A stretch of 64,000 bases of DNA from Tubulanus polymorphus (Eukaryota; Animalia; Nemertea): contig NC_134032.1 of the NCBI RefSeq assembly GCF_964204645.1, positions 16,489,537 through 16,553,536 on the forward strand. The letters run 5' to 3'. Of this stretch, positions 13,151-52,636 are shown one piece after another. The position numbers were made by a program, and so were the translations under genes. The notes beneath the pieces were generated by a model. The model was not told the origin of the DNA, made no database searches, and saw only the letters and a list, made by a program, of their open reading frames with translations. How positions within the stretch are numbered: the stretch's first letter is position 1; each line of letters opens with the position of its first letter.

Positions 13151-15530
13151 TGTTTTGATAAATGCGGAAATCCGGAGCTTTAAAACAGTTTATTCCAAAA
13201 TATTTGAATTTTTATAATTAGTATAAGATTTTAGACAAATTACAGCTAGGATTTTTATACGGATACAGCGCTGTCTTTGAGATAGATAGCTGTCTGTCTG
13301 GCTGTCTAAAGTAGGCAGGTCAGAGACACGTGTTTTTGAATGATTTGACGATGAATTGTTATGAGAAACTAAGATTACTTTGAACTCACGTATTACAGTG
13401 TCACCCAAACGACACGCTCGTCTCGTCTCATTGGCTTATTGGGAATGACGTGCAATGCGTTCAGTCGATGGAATGATTGCCTTGTTACCGCCGCGGCGTT
13501 CATCGAATCCTGCAGAATAGGAAGGGGCGCGGGGAGGCAGGGCGCGGGGGGCCGTGGGTGTCGCTACAGCTCAGCGCGCTACAAATTGAACAAATTATGA
13601 TACAACGACCATGAATTGTAAAATGATGATGAACTCCGTGAGATGACTGCACAATCACAGTTCTCTACCTCTATCTACCTCTCTATACCTCTATCTACCT
13701 CCTCACAGCACATCTGATATTAAATCAGTCGTTTCTATGAGTGAGTGAGTGAGTGAGTGAGTGAGTGTGAGTGTCTCTCGCTCATTGTTTCTCGTGTCTG
13801 TCGCGTTGTAGGTCGCAATAAATAGTCACCGAAACCTCGACTTCATCGTGTAAATGTTTTGAACTAGCAGAGTTCTACCTGTCGTCCTCAGTGCTCTGAT
13901 AGCTGATCAATCCAAAAGGGTTTAGGGGGTGACGGGGGTGTAGGGGGTAGGGGGGAATGGTTGTAGTGTGTATGATGATTGAGTCACTGTTCTACTGATA
14001 GATGTTATTTGTATTGACGCAATGTGGCGCGGACTGATGTCTGGATGTCGCGATTGGATGCGGTCCTGACTTTATGATTAACCGGAAATAGTCGTCCGAA
14101 AATCATTAATGATCCGCAGTCACATGTGACTAGCTCCACTAATCACACTTCCGGATAGCGAGGCATTTCGGGAACTATTTTACAGATACGTGCATGACAA
14201 AAATATGTGAGTTGTTTGTGAATTTGAGAGAGGAAATCAAACCGTCAGTAGAACCCGGTGCGCGCGCGTGCGCAGTCTCTACAAATCCACATTGATTTAT
14301 CTGAAACTACAATTCGATCACTAACCATATCGGTCACGTGACAAAAATCATTTCATGAGAAAAGATAATATAACGCAGGCGGAAGTGGAGACTGATTTGC
14401 AAAGGGTTCGCTATCATTCGATCAGAGCTTATGGATCTCGACATATCTTTTACTCGGCTATTAGAATCAGTCCATGGACCTCTAGGGCTTCAAACATTTC
14501 TGTAACAGAAAATCGATATACATACATATATACATAACTAGCGTGTTCAATAGACTATTGAAGAGTACAGGACATTTTATAAATGCGCTTCACTTCACAA
14601 ATCCAATGACTCTTTCAGCGAAGACATAAAAATTCGGTTTATTTACAAAGACAAGTTGACGCTAATTATAACGAAGCCGTTCTAGTGACTAGTGACTAGT
14701 GACTAGTGTCTACAGTCAGGGGAGCCTTTGTTAATTACAGGAAGATGGAAGATTCACCGATTATCCATCATCGCTTTAATTACAATCCAAACCGTCGTCA
14801 TTTCACTTGCAAATTACAACTTTACACCAACTCAACACCGATACACGAAATCTATATCTTACAAATAATCGATATTTGATAACAGGTGCCCGTCCCCTAA
14901 TAACAAACAGGTGCCCGTCAGTGTTGTTTACTTCGTTTAAAACTTCAATAATCAATATTTTGAATAATTAAAAACGTTCGCAAATTTTGAATCGTGGAAG
15001 ATAAAAGATTGAAAAAAAGCCCGAGGGACAAAATACGTTCAATTTCTGAAGTGTTCCATTAGTGTTTGATCTCTGAATAGATGATAAACACGCACACCCG
15101 CACACGCACACGCGCGCGCGCGCACGCACACGCACACGCACACGCACACCGATGGTGTATATTCTCTGTAGCAATAATTCATAAATAATCACTAGAGATT
15201 TGTCAAATGTGGCAGCCTCGTTATCAGTGAGTTTTTCATGTGAATCGCGTTTGGTAGATGTCACGTGTCAGACCTGAGCATCTTTATCGAAATATCACCA
15301 TAAATCATGGGCGGTAAAAGACACCGAGGGAGAGAGCGGTGAGAGCAGTAAGAGCAGTAAGAGCAGTAAGAGCAGTAAGACGCAATGAAGTGTGGTTTCT
15401 GATGAGTTGAAACACCGAGGGAGATCCAAACAACGCAACAACAAACTCATCACGTGTTACCAGTTATATACTCCGAGACCGGGCCTCCACAAAGTCCTTC
15501 ACCTTCACACAATAACGCGGTATAACCGAC

Positions 15531-15858
15531 CGCTGTGCGGGAGTGTGTTCCACTGAACCGAGTCGCACTGCTGTGCGGGAGTGTGTTCCACTGAACCGAG
15601 TTGCACTGCTGTGCGGGAGTGTGTTCCACTGAACCGAGTTGCACTGCTGTGCGGGAGTGTGTTCCACTGAACCGAGTCGCACTGCTGTGCGGGAGTGTGT
15701 TCCACTGAACCGAGTTGCACTGCTGTGCGGGAGTGTGTTCCACTGAACCGAGTTGCACTGCTGTGCGGGAGTGTGTTCCACTGAACCGAGTTGCACTGCT
15801 GTGCGAGAGTGTGTTCCACTGAACCGAGTTGTACTGCTCAGCGGGAGTGTGTTCCACT
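15531..15858. repeat. 38-bp minisatellite (GCTGTGCGGGAGTGTGTTCCACTGAACCGAGTTGCACT) x~8.5
   Basis: Direct inspection. Confidence 0.93.
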
Positions 15859-16221
15859 GCTGTACAGTCACATCATGTGACAAATTCACTGAACACAATT
15901 TATACATGTGTTTTTAGGTTGTAACAACGAATTGATCGATCGATTTAGAGTGAGTGTGATGTTATATAGACCTACCACTACTGAACTGAAACGAGTGTCT
16001 ACTGTAACATCGGTCACGTGACTAACCGACCGATAGAATGTCCCTGTTCTATGTATGATTAAACAGATTGTAAATGGAGGTCGGGAGAAAGAGGGACAAA
16101 GAGTGGGTGCCGGTGGGTGCCGATTACTGGATAGTCCTTCGATAGCTCTTGACACGTGACTGGTTCAGATGAATATCAATTACATACACGTCTGAATTAC
16201 TAATCATTACAAAATACTGAA

Positions 16222-16412
16222 AAGATACCAGAAATACAGCGGTTACAGATACCAGAAATACAGCGGTTACAGATACCAAAAATACAGCAATTACAGATAC
16301 CAAAAATACAGCAATTACAGATACCAAAAATACAGCAACTACAGATACCATAAATACAGGAATTACAGATACAAAAAATACAGCAGTTACAGATACCATA
16401 AATACAGCGGTT
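16222..16412. repeat. 24-bp minisatellite (AGATACCAGAAATACAGCGGTTAC) x~8
   Basis: Direct inspection. Confidence 0.88.
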
Positions 16413-17475
16413 GAACGTGTTACTGAACCCAGTGAATTCAATGTTTCTGGAGAATTAGCAAATATAGATAGACCTGATATAGACGTCGATATGAATCAAA
16501 ACTTGTGAAATTTTTCTCTTAAAAATGATAACTGTTAAAAGTAAGCAGTGATGAAGATGGAAGACTCGACTAACCCTAAGCCTGGATTAATACTAACTCG
16601 TCTGATGGTTGATAGTTTGACATTAAGATTTAGGGCTTGTCTTATTATCGACAGATTATATGTAGAAATTAGCGCCAGTGACGTGAAGAATACTTATCTA
16701 ACATATATACAATTTATATTCATACGCTCAAGTGAGTGAACAAGCATACTTGACTTCCTCCGCCGCCGAGAGAGTACGTTCGGTGTTTTGTATCAGATAC
16801 GGGTTTTTAGTAATAGATCACATCTCACATACTGGGCTGGTAGCTACTTCCTGGTGGTAGGTAGTGCTGATAGCTACTTGTTATTGGTAGCTATTACTGG
16901 TAGCTACTGGCTGGTGGTAGCTGGTAGCTACTTTGGCAGCCACTTCAATCCTACAATATATTCATATCGAACACCGGCTAACCCTGGCTATATAGAATAC
17001 TCTCAAACACTGGCTATTAAATCTTGAAGTTCGTATTCGATATATCGTTATTTTCAGTGGTATCTAAAGTATTGTACTATTTAACACGTGACATCTGCTA
17101 ATGTAGAGAATTGAAGTAAATAAACCAGTGAGCTGCGGCAAGTGAGGTCGAGGAGACTCTATTACTAATAACCTGTCAACATCTTATGAATTATACTGAT
17201 GACTAAATCTAGCAATTATTACACTATCATCTTACACCAGCAGCAGCAGCATTAGCAGCAGCAGTTCCCTCCCTCTCTACACCCATCCATCCTCTCAAAT
17301 ATTTATCAGTCAATTAATAAATTAGCCACGACGATCAGGAATTGAGATGATCCGATGATGCTACTGCTGCTGATGCTACTGTTGATAATGTTTCTGATCA
17401 TCATCAAAGAACTAAATCGTTTACACGTGGCTCAACTCGCTACTGATGGTCACACCTTCACAAATCCCACATAAA

Positions 17476-17655
17476 TTCTCTAATCTCACAAACATTCTCT
17501 AATCTCACAAACATTCTCTAATCTCACAAACATTCTCTAATCTCACAAACATTCTCTAATCTCACAAACATTCTCTAATCTCACAAACATTCTCTAATCT
17601 CACAAACATTCTCTAATCTCACAAAAATTCTCTAATCTCACAAACATTCTCTAAT
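17476..17655. repeat. 19-bp minisatellite (TTCTCTAATCTCACAAACA) x~9.5
   Basis: Direct inspection. Confidence 0.9.
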
Positions 17656-18249
17656 CGGTCTGCAGCCGCTGACTCACACCTGCCCACTGCTTGACTCGTA
17701 CCTATTTGTGCCAAATATATAATTTTCTTGATCACAATATTAGCTACATGTTCATTCTGGTCAGGTGGTACCGTCACGTGGTTGTCGTGGCGCTCTATCT
17801 TCAAAATAAACTGTGAATGTGAGTTGTTGTCGATAAAAAGGTCTGTTCGTTGATTCTGTAGATTCCGCTGATTCTATGAGCTCATACTCAGTTTATACGG
17901 TCTTCATGTAAATTAATTGTATCGGGACAAGATACCGGTCTCACGGCGCCGCAGTACGCATGCGCCGCGCAAATACTCAAAGGAGATTTTGAGCGGAAAG
18001 AAAATTATGTGAATTAGTTTCGAGAAGGCGAAACAAGAATCACTGAGTAGAGAGAGAGAGGGAGAGAGGGAGAGAGAGTACTGTTTCTATCTATCTGTAT
18101 CTCTGATGTTAATCGTCGTTTTGTTTCATTATTTAGGTTGACTCGTCGACTGAATCGGATCAGTCAGTCAGTCAGTCAGCTAGTCAGCTAGTCAGTGAGC
18201 TAGTCAGTCAGTCAGTGAGTCAGCCAGCTGTGTCAGATTATATCCTAAT

Positions 18250-45874
<27,625 letters not shown>

Positions 45875-47460
45875 ACTCTGATGTGGTATAGACGGTCATA
45901 GCCACACTGAGGTGTGAACTCTGATGTGGTATAGATGGTCATAGCCACACTGAGGTGTGAACTCTGATGTGGTATAGATGGTCATAGCCACACTGAGGTG
46001 TGAACTCTGATGTGGTATAGATGGTCATAGCCACACTGAGGTGTGAACTCTGATGTGGTATAGATGGTCATAGCCACACTGAGGTGTGAACTCTGATGTG
46101 GTATAGATGGTCATAGCCACACTGAGGTGTGAACTCTGATGTGGTATAGATGGTCATAGCCACACTGAGGTGTGAACTCTGATGTGGTATAGATGGTCAT
46201 AGCCACACTGAGGTGTGAACTCTTCTGAAGTCTTCAATGGTTTATTCAACGGGATACACGTGACCTATCATGACGTCACGGACGCCTGGTGATGACGTCA
46301 CGGATAGACGTATAAATGTCCAGAGACCGGAAGAAACAATTTCAGAAATACCCAGCAGGGAGCGTACAGGGTATGGGGAAATACCCAGCAGGGAGGGTAC
46401 TGGGTATGGGGAAACAATGAGAAGGGAACTGGGTATAGGGAAACAATGAGAAGGGTACTGGGTATGGGGAAATCACTGCAGTAGAATAGAGGATAGATTT
46501 GACTCGTTTGAATAGTCGATAATCACGATAGATACCGGTAGGCGGCGCTCAAGTGGGCCAAGTGCCCAGTTAATTGGCTTTTTATCGAACGGATCCTAGC
46601 AGTTTAGAGTTGATAGGGATCCAAGCAGGTTGAGAGGGGATCCTAGCAGGTTGATAGGGATCATTGTTGTTGATAGATTATTTGTTGTGTGTAATATTTG
46701 TAAATAAATAGACGATAATAAAATTGTATTTAAATTTGAATTGATCGAATCGAAAACTGTAAATTTGTAACTGACTCGAGTCACATTTCAATGAATGATT
46801 GTATTTTAACTCTTTTAAACAATAATTCATTACGTGAAACGATCCATTCAGTAGTTTATGTTCAGCAGAATCAGGGAGGTATAGGGTTGGGTCATTCCTC
46901 GCCTGCCAGGGGTAGGTAACCTGTAAATATATTGTATAGAATTAAACTGAATAATAAATGAATACGTAATGATTTATTAAACACGCGTCACGTCACGTGA
47001 CACGTCAGTTGTTTTTAATGTTGTAATTGTAAATTTCTCGTTTCTACGAAACTCAACCAATCACCGCTCATGATGACGTCATTAAATCATGCATAAATTC
47101 ATTATTGATAATAAAATCATTTAAACTGAATCTCGTCTTGTTGTTGTTAGTTTCGTGTCATCACGATGCGAGTGATACGTGGAGATACGTGAAGACGACT
47201 GTATGAGAACAGACCGCGGGCGGGGGGGGGGTACGCCTGAATAACAATGTTGTACCGTGTAACGGGCGACTTCATATTCATAAATATCAATATCATTCAA
47301 ATACAGATACAGCGTCAGTTTTGTTATTGAATATAGTCTCCAGTCAGATGACCGGTGACCAGTCAGACTGGTCAACGAACATCTGATTAGTTCCCGGTCA
47401 TCTGACTGGTCATCAGTCATCTGATCGGTCACCAGGTCACTGACTGACAAACACGATTAC

Positions 47461-47540
47461 TGTAGCCCGGTGGTTTAGTGGTTATTATGCTGGCTGGTCA
47501 TGCTGGAGACTCCGCGTTCGAGTCTAGGACTAGGGTTCTT
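47461..47540 (+). mobile_element. Diverged tRNA-derived SINE-like head
   Basis: TGGTTTAGTGG (47471-47481) ... TGCTGGAG ... GTTCGAGTCT (47516-47525) then CTAGGGTT. Confidence 0.5.
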
Positions 47541-48069
47541 AAGAATGTTTTTTTTTCTATCTACAGCTGTGATTAAACTATTTTTACGGAAAGGGGAAAG
47601 AATAACTAAATGAATATTCCTCTACGACCCGATGATCCTGGTTCTCATCAATACTCTGTTTATATCCAAGTGGATAGTTTTTATATCAATTTTTTTTCTC
47701 ATACAATCTCGGATTTCTAGATGTAAATTTATTCTAAAGATGATCCATATGTAAACTATAAGTGCATTAGGTCTCATAATCTGCTCTATTAAAAATTACT
47801 AAGTTCACAGAACAATATCTCAAATGTAGGAGAGACTAAGCTTAGCGTCTTCGACAATTACAGAATTCGAGTTTGAAAAATGCCCTAACAATGAACGGAT
47901 TTGTGTAGATGTTTATAAATACCCGAGGGGTCAATATCGGTTTAAGAACTGGATCCATTAGAGAGATTTAATCCGCTAAAACGTTTTTCTATTCTTCATT
48001 TAGACTGCGTATTTCACTCGCAGTATTTCACAGTAGTTGTTTATGAAATACTGCGCGCGACTGTAGTTA

Positions 48070-51000
48070 ATGTTAATGATGGATCTGCTTCAGATTGTTA
48101 GGATTATTCTGATAATCAGCTTTCTGCTAAAAACTGATGCGCGTCTTCGAAAACCAGGTCTATTATTCAACTTATAATCATAATAATCATTCTCGATAAT
48201 TTAGAAATTTATGCAGAATTTAGAATAGATCACTGTCTGATTGAGTTTTCAAAAACCATTTGATTTTAATTCAAATTCTTGACTAAAATAGAATTGATAG
48301 CGTTCACAACTTCGGAGTATTATTTTTGAAATGTTGGGGTATTTTAGGAAATATTGCTTTACGCAAACCGACCAGATGGAGACAGACAGGTTCTAATGAT
48401 GAATCATTCCTCGCTGTTGATGGTGACAGAGATTCAACTAAAGAACATTTAACGTGTGTATATCTGACTCCTGAAACCAGTGTCTATGGATGGGGTTTGT
48501 CTATACCTCTCTGGTGGTATGTCGATTTACTAGATGAATATGATATTGATTCAGTCATATTTGCTCCATGTTTGCGCTACTGTAAGTACAGGAATTACCG
48601 ATGTGCCGTAGAATTAGAGGGGGTGGGGGAAGGGACCAAGTCTCCCACTGTTCTCACACACATGAACATAATTTCTTACATACCCCGCTGTTAACTAACT
48701 TTAATCAATTCTAACCTTCATTTTATACAATGTATTTCCTTAGCTGCATTTAATTGGCTCTGTTATAATCGTCATTAACTCTGTTTAAGAAATGCATGCC
48801 TAGGCTAGGTCTCAGTAGATATTTTATGGACTTAAGGGGGAGGGGAGACACGCGTGGGGCACGTGCTTCTATTTTAGCTTATATAATTGTTAAAGAAAAT
48901 TTTATTCATATGGAATTCGACTCCAGTATCTGCTTGAAATACTCTCAGAGTTTACTGGGGGAATCACCATGAGCTGGAATAGAGGATCCCTCCCCTATCA
49001 GAATCCTGGGTTCATCTCTGGGTACCCGAATAAAACGGGCAATGAATTATAGAATGTGAAAGGAATAACGTGGTCAATAATGATAGTAATAGCATTCGAT
49101 CTTTGTAATTCTCGCTGATCACTGCTGGCTCACTGCTGGCTCACTGCTGGCTCACTGCTGGCTCACTGCTGGCTCACTGCTGGCTCACTGCTGGCTCACT
49201 GCTGGCTCACTGCTGGCTCACTGCTGGCTCACTGCTGGCTCACTGCTGGCTCACTGCTGGCTCACTGGCTGCGAGTAAAATGAAACCTTTTCACCCATGA
49301 TTCTTCAAGTCTTTGAAATCCAAGGATGTCAGGAGTTAAATCTAAATTACTCAATGGCATTCCTCACTATAATTTAGTTCCGTCCCCTCCTCACATAAAA
49401 TTCGTTCATACAGCTTTAACCGGAAATGAATGATCTATCTGTATCTACATCAGTCTAATGTCACGTGATTGCTGCTCTATTACAACAGGTCGAACTGTAA
49501 ATGTAGATATATATCTAACGAATCGATTTATTGAAGACGATGTTTACGGAACAAATAAAACGCGTATTGGCGGAATAACCGGTAAAGCGAAACATACCGT
49601 TTATACCTTCCGATGTCATAGTAACTGCAAAGCCCGACAGGTGGCGGTTTTAGGGCGTTTGGGTGATATGAAACTGCAGTTCTGTGAAATAGAGGTTTAT
49701 ACTAAAGAACAAATAGGCGAGTATTATTGCATTAATCTAAATCGTGATCAACAAAACCTCGTAATATTTTCATTTGAATTTACTCGAACTCGCTTCCCCG
49801 TGGTATCTCGGAGGACTCCCCTATTACGGTCAAAATGGTCGGAGAAAACTCGTTGTAGCTGCCTTGCGGCTATATTTCGAAATTATTAATCTTTTCACAC
49901 AGAAAACGTCGCCCTGGGTAAATCTTTCATACAAAGAAACTACAAAAATAACGACCGCCTGGGATCGCGTTTACTCGATGGTAATGACTGCTTTTTCGAG
50001 AATAAACTCAGTTGTTTATCACTGGCTGGGAATATTATAACCGGTGAATGGTTTACTGTCGATCTCGGAGACACATATGACGTCAGATCTATACAGATCG
50101 CCACTATGGAAGGTACGTGTACCCCTGTGACGTCACACTCAGTGAATCGGTGTTTTAACGGGAAATATAAACACGTGCGATGTATTTGATATTTCAGACA
50201 AGCAGTTGGCGGCCAAACTTTATATTTTAGTATCGATGGATTTCGATGAGAAGAGGAGTATAAATGAAATGATGGAAAGATCAATGACGTGTGCAATCAT
50301 TACGGATCTATTCGGCAAATATACAGCTATGAGTCACTTACCATGTCAAGCGCCATCTACCGGTAGATATGTGATCGTTTATCAACCCAACTCGTACGGT
50401 TTAACGCTTTGTGAAGTGGAGGTTTTCGCAACTATTCATCGAGGTATCAGTCCAAACAAATCCATCTATTTTTCTTCAAATCTTTACATTTCTTCAAATC
50501 TATCATTTCTCTCAGATAATCTCGTTACTAAGCGACCGACGCAACAATACGGCGAATCACATGATTCCTGGTTAGCTATTGATGGTAACATTGACACATT
50601 TATTGAAACACCTGGTACTCATACACAGGAATGGTGGACAATCGACCTTCTCAATGTTTATCACATTGAAAATATATTTCTAACCAACAGAAATATTAAA
50701 GGTATGAAATATATCCAAATTTCGAACGAAAATATCATTTATCGGGTATTAGCAGAACTAGCTGCGAGAAGTGAGAAAACCAACCATCATATTAGAAGTG
50801 TTAGATTAGCTGTAAGAGTGTATTCTATAACTGTTTCAGGAGGTACTTGCACTTCACTACTCGGTGTTAGGGATGGTAGGATTTTAGATAGTCAAATAAC
50901 GGCACGTGATTATAAAGTTGGACACGAACCTAAAAATGCGCGAAATACAACTGGTTGGTGTCCTACTACAAGTGGATCGTGGTGGCAGGTTGAATTCCAC

Positions 51001-52597
51001 AATATCACATTAGTATCAGGGTTTACATTAGGAGGTATGTGTCTCGTCCAACCAGCTGTCATCTCGTGTGTGTCTCGTCCAACCAGCTGTCATATTGTGT
51101 GTGTCTCGTCCAACCAGCTGTCATATTGTCTGTGTCTCGTCCAACCAGCTGTCATATCGTGTCTCGTCCAACCAGCTGTCATATCGTGTGTGTCTCGTCC
51201 AACCAGCTGTCATATTGTGTGTGTCTCGTCCAACCAGCTGTCATATCGTGTCTCGTCCAACCAGCTGTCATATCGTGTCTCGTCCAACCAGCTGTCATAT
51301 CGTGTGTGTCTCGTCCAACCAGCTGTCATCTCGTGTGTGTCTCGTCCAACCAGCTGTCATATTGTGTGTGTCTCGTCCAACCAGCTGTCATATCGTGTCT
51401 CGTCCAACCAGCTGTCATATCGTGTGTGTCTCGTCCAACCAGCTGTCATCTCGTGTGTGTCTCATCCAATCAGCTGTCAAATCGTGTGTGTCTCATCCAA
51501 TCAGCTGTCAAATCGTGTGTGTCTCGTCCAATCAGCTGTCATCTCGTGTGTGTCTCGTCCAACCAGCTGTCAAATCGTGTGTGTCTCGTCCAATCAGCTG
51601 TCGCCTCACGTGTGTCTCATCCAATCAGCTGTCGCCTCGTGTGTTTCCCATCCAATCAGCTGTCATCAAAGTTATAATTGGCGAGAATTTCATTTTGATT
51701 TTTAGTGACGGTCGAACAGGCATGGGTACCAGATCAAGTACAAGTGACCTACAGCGTGGACGGGGTTACCTTTAACCCAATTCATCGAGCTCCGTCAAAG
51801 GTAACCCTAATCCCTTATAGATTCAAAGATGCTTTGGGAAATATCTACATGTAGTATAAATGAATATGTTTGTCTTAATCGATTAGAATATATTCACGGC
51901 ATTCTGGTGGGGACATCGAGTCAACTGGTTCGATCGGGAAATACTTCTCAGAATAATTCGACTTCACCCGATCTCAAAGTCTCACGCTTGTCTAACAGCC
52001 GAAATTCTAGGTTGTGACGTCACTAGTGAGTAAAGTTATTTGGAAGTTGATACGTATTTAACTGGTGATGATCCAGTGTCCGCTGTGACAGGCTTTCATC
52101 ACTCTGAACACGATATTTTACTCCGTTTTAGGCCATTACCTGAATGACTTGACCGTGCTGGTCGAACAGGAAGCGTTTAACCCGGATCACGTGACTATCG
52201 AACCGGAGAGTACGTGTCGGAAACTGAGTGAGGCTTTACCGGTCGGGGAGACTACAAAAATCAACTGTATCCCCAGTCATAGCGGTCGTGGTCGTCATGT
52301 GACTATAGTTAAACATAGCGCTATTAATTCACCGCTATCGTTTAGCGAAATAGAAATACAAGGCGAACCAGTATCAGGTAAACCAGACAACCCTCAACTC
52401 TAATCTTAACCTTTCAACCCGGCACGTAACCAGTAAATACTGTATCATTGCAGCCAATATTGCGTCATATCGACCTATATTCACTGCCAGTAGTTCTAAT
52501 CACAGCCGACTTGGTTTAGTCGATGAGAAATATGACTGGAATAATTGTGAAACGCTCGATGTGAACCGTGTGTGGTTATCAGTACAGATACAACAGC

Positions 52598-52636
<39 letters not shown>

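Noticed and set aside
49458-49488. In-frame SRDCC just upstream of lectin exon 3, resembling the RxDCC fucose motif
   Set aside because: The upstream acceptor (CAG 49453) gives an immediate TAA in the required phase; treated as intronic coincidence.
51039-51705. Cys-rich C-terminal half of ORF 50206-51705
   Set aside because: Intronic minisatellite between donor 51035 and acceptor 51705; the FA58C domain resumes at 51706.
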